From: an uncultured Ignavibacteriaceae bacterium
GTDB lineage: Bacteria > Bacteroidota > Ignavibacteria > UBA10030
Direction of reading: 5' to 3'
Assembly (NCBI GenBank): GCA_964651225.1
Contig: CAZYYD010000004.1
Location: 8,932 to 72,931, forward strand
DNA: 64,000 nucleotides
Shown here in pieces: positions 62,773 through 64,000 of the stretch. The notes under the pieces are model-generated. The model searched no databases, was not told where the DNA came from, and saw only the letters and a program-made list of their open reading frames with translations. Position 1 is the stretch's first letter. Each line of letters opens with the position of its first letter. Both the position numbers and the translations under genes were made by a program.

Positions 62773-63305
62773 CGACATTTATGAATGAGTTGTTGGCCGA
62801 GGTCGAGGAAAAAGAACAGCAGGTAAAATTAAACCTCGACCGATTGAAGGCAGATCAGCTGTTGATGGCAGTTGAAAAGCTTGACGCACAAATAGCTGAT
62901 GTCGCCAAACTTGCAGACGATGAAATCAAACTCATCGAGCAATACAGGCAATCTGAGGTAGAACGAATCGAGAAGAAACGCTCTTGGCTACTGTTTAATC
63001 TGGAAGGATTTGCTCGTCAACAGATGGAACAGACTGGTGACAAAACCATTCGGTTGCCTCACGCAACATTATCACTACGTAAAGGGCGAGATAAAGTCGA
63101 GATACAGGATATGGATGTATTCCTTCGGGTTGCTCCTCGCCTTGGATTCCTTCGAACAACACCGGAGAAGCACGAGCCTGATATGACAGCTTTGGCTGCT
63201 TATGTCAAAAGGACCGGTGAAATCCCCATCGGCACGAAGCTGATTCCAGGAACAGTCAACTTTTCATACACTTTAACAAACGGAGGAAATAATGGGAACC
63301 AATAA
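62769..63305 (+). CDS. gam: phage Mu Gam-like host-nuclease inhibitor
   Basis: It has an N-terminal coiled-coil and …IRLPHATLSLRKGRDKVEI…, matching the pattern and size of the Gam family. This is a motif-level call. Confidence 0.55.
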   Translation: MTTFMNELLAEVEEKEQQVKLNLDRLKADQLLMAVEKLDAQIADVAKLADDEIKLIEQYRQSEVERIEKKRSWLLFNLEGFARQQMEQTGDKTIRLPHATLSLRKGRDKVEIQDMDVFLRVAPRLGFLRTTPEKHEPDMTALAAYVKRTGEIPIGTKLIPGTVNFSYTLTNGGNNGNQ

Positions 63306-63774
63306 CGGTAACGGGACACAACGGCCCAAACTTGAACCTGCACTCAATCAGGAAGTGCGTGTTCGACTCCTGAAGGACAAGCCATTCACCGGTGAGAACT
63401 CGGTTGGCAAATACTATCTGTATTCTGTTCAGAATGTGAATAACGCAGAAGAGCTGGCATTCTTCGCACCTGCTGAAGTCCATCAAATCATCGAGGATAA
63501 GAAGCTGACTAAGGGCTCAGAGTTCATCATCAAGAAGGTGCCGTATCAGAACGGAAAAAAGATCGGATCGAAGCTTGAGCTGTCGTTGGTGAGTGTGGCT
63601 GCTGCTCCTCCCCCGGTTTCAAGCCAGGAACGCGGAGACAATCTGAAACAGCTACTATTGACGTGTATTTTGGATGCAGCGGCCATTGTCAAAGAGGCTG
63701 GCGTTCAGTTCTCGAATGATGAGTTGCAGAAGCTGGCAACGACACTGTTCATTCAACGGACCAGATCCCTTTAG
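63292..63774 (+). CDS. phage-like hypothetical protein
   Basis: It is an ORF overlapping the end of gam in an operon-like arrangement. Confidence 0.45.
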   Translation: MGTNNGNGTQRPKLEPALNQEVRVRLLKDKPFTGENSVGKYYLYSVQNVNNAEELAFFAPAEVHQIIEDKKLTKGSEFIIKKVPYQNGKKIGSKLELSLVSVAAAPPPVSSQERGDNLKQLLLTCILDAAAIVKEAGVQFSNDELQKLATTLFIQRTRSL

Positions 63775-64000
63775 TTGAAGTTCTCTCTGTTTCTGCCTAC
63801 ATTTGTCCAGCCAGACGAACGCGGTTGATTCAGGTCAGCCGATTCATCACATACGAAAACACACCATCATCTTGACGTGGGTAACGCGACAACGCGCCCT
63901 GCTGCAAATGATGGTGTGATGTGTTCGTCTGGCTGATGAATATGTTACCCGCAAGAGTGGCAGGGCTTTTTGTTGGGAAGAAATGAACAGCCTCTGTTGT

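Overview
This is a bacterial chromosomal window. T9SS-type C-terminal sorting tails and an atp operon that stops at atpG suggest an Ignavibacteria/Chlorobi/Bacteroidota-group organism, which is inference only.

Positions 1-23 kb are ordinary, almost entirely minus-strand housekeeping genes:
- cysS, recN and an MqnA-like gene
- the rplS-trmD-rimM-KH-rpsP-ffh cluster
- a GspE/PilB-type ATPase
- atpZ/I-B-E-F-H-A-G
- bactofilin, an M23 peptidase, rpsU and an aldo/keto reductase

From about 25.5 kb to the right edge the character changes to a mosaic accessory or defence-type island. It starts at a 23-nt fragment that looks like a tRNA 3' end. In order it contains:
1. A 1140-aa fusion of a spore-photoproduct-lyase-like radical SAM domain with an MCM-type AAA+ ATPase, followed by an excisionase-type HTH protein.
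2. A GC-richer restriction-modification module: a GIY-YIG + SF2 helicase subunit, an NPPY adenine methyltransferase and a short methyltransferase-like ORF.
3. Mrr and a PD-(D/E)xK-like gene.
4. A unidirectional run of small secreted, lipoprotein or membrane orphan genes with recurring intergenic motifs.
5. An IS3-family element.
6. A WYL-regulator-led operon: UDG-fold-like protein, AAA+ ATPase, degenerate RecA/KaiC-like protein and a second UDG-fold-like protein.
7. A tyrosine integrase.
8. A phage-like plus-strand module carrying a ubiquitin-like/E2/JAB/E1 cassette next to a Mu Gam-like gene.

The two best candidates for undescribed systems are the radical-SAM-MCM fusion and the WYL-led four-gene operon. 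All functional calls rest on motifs read by eye; no database search was possible.
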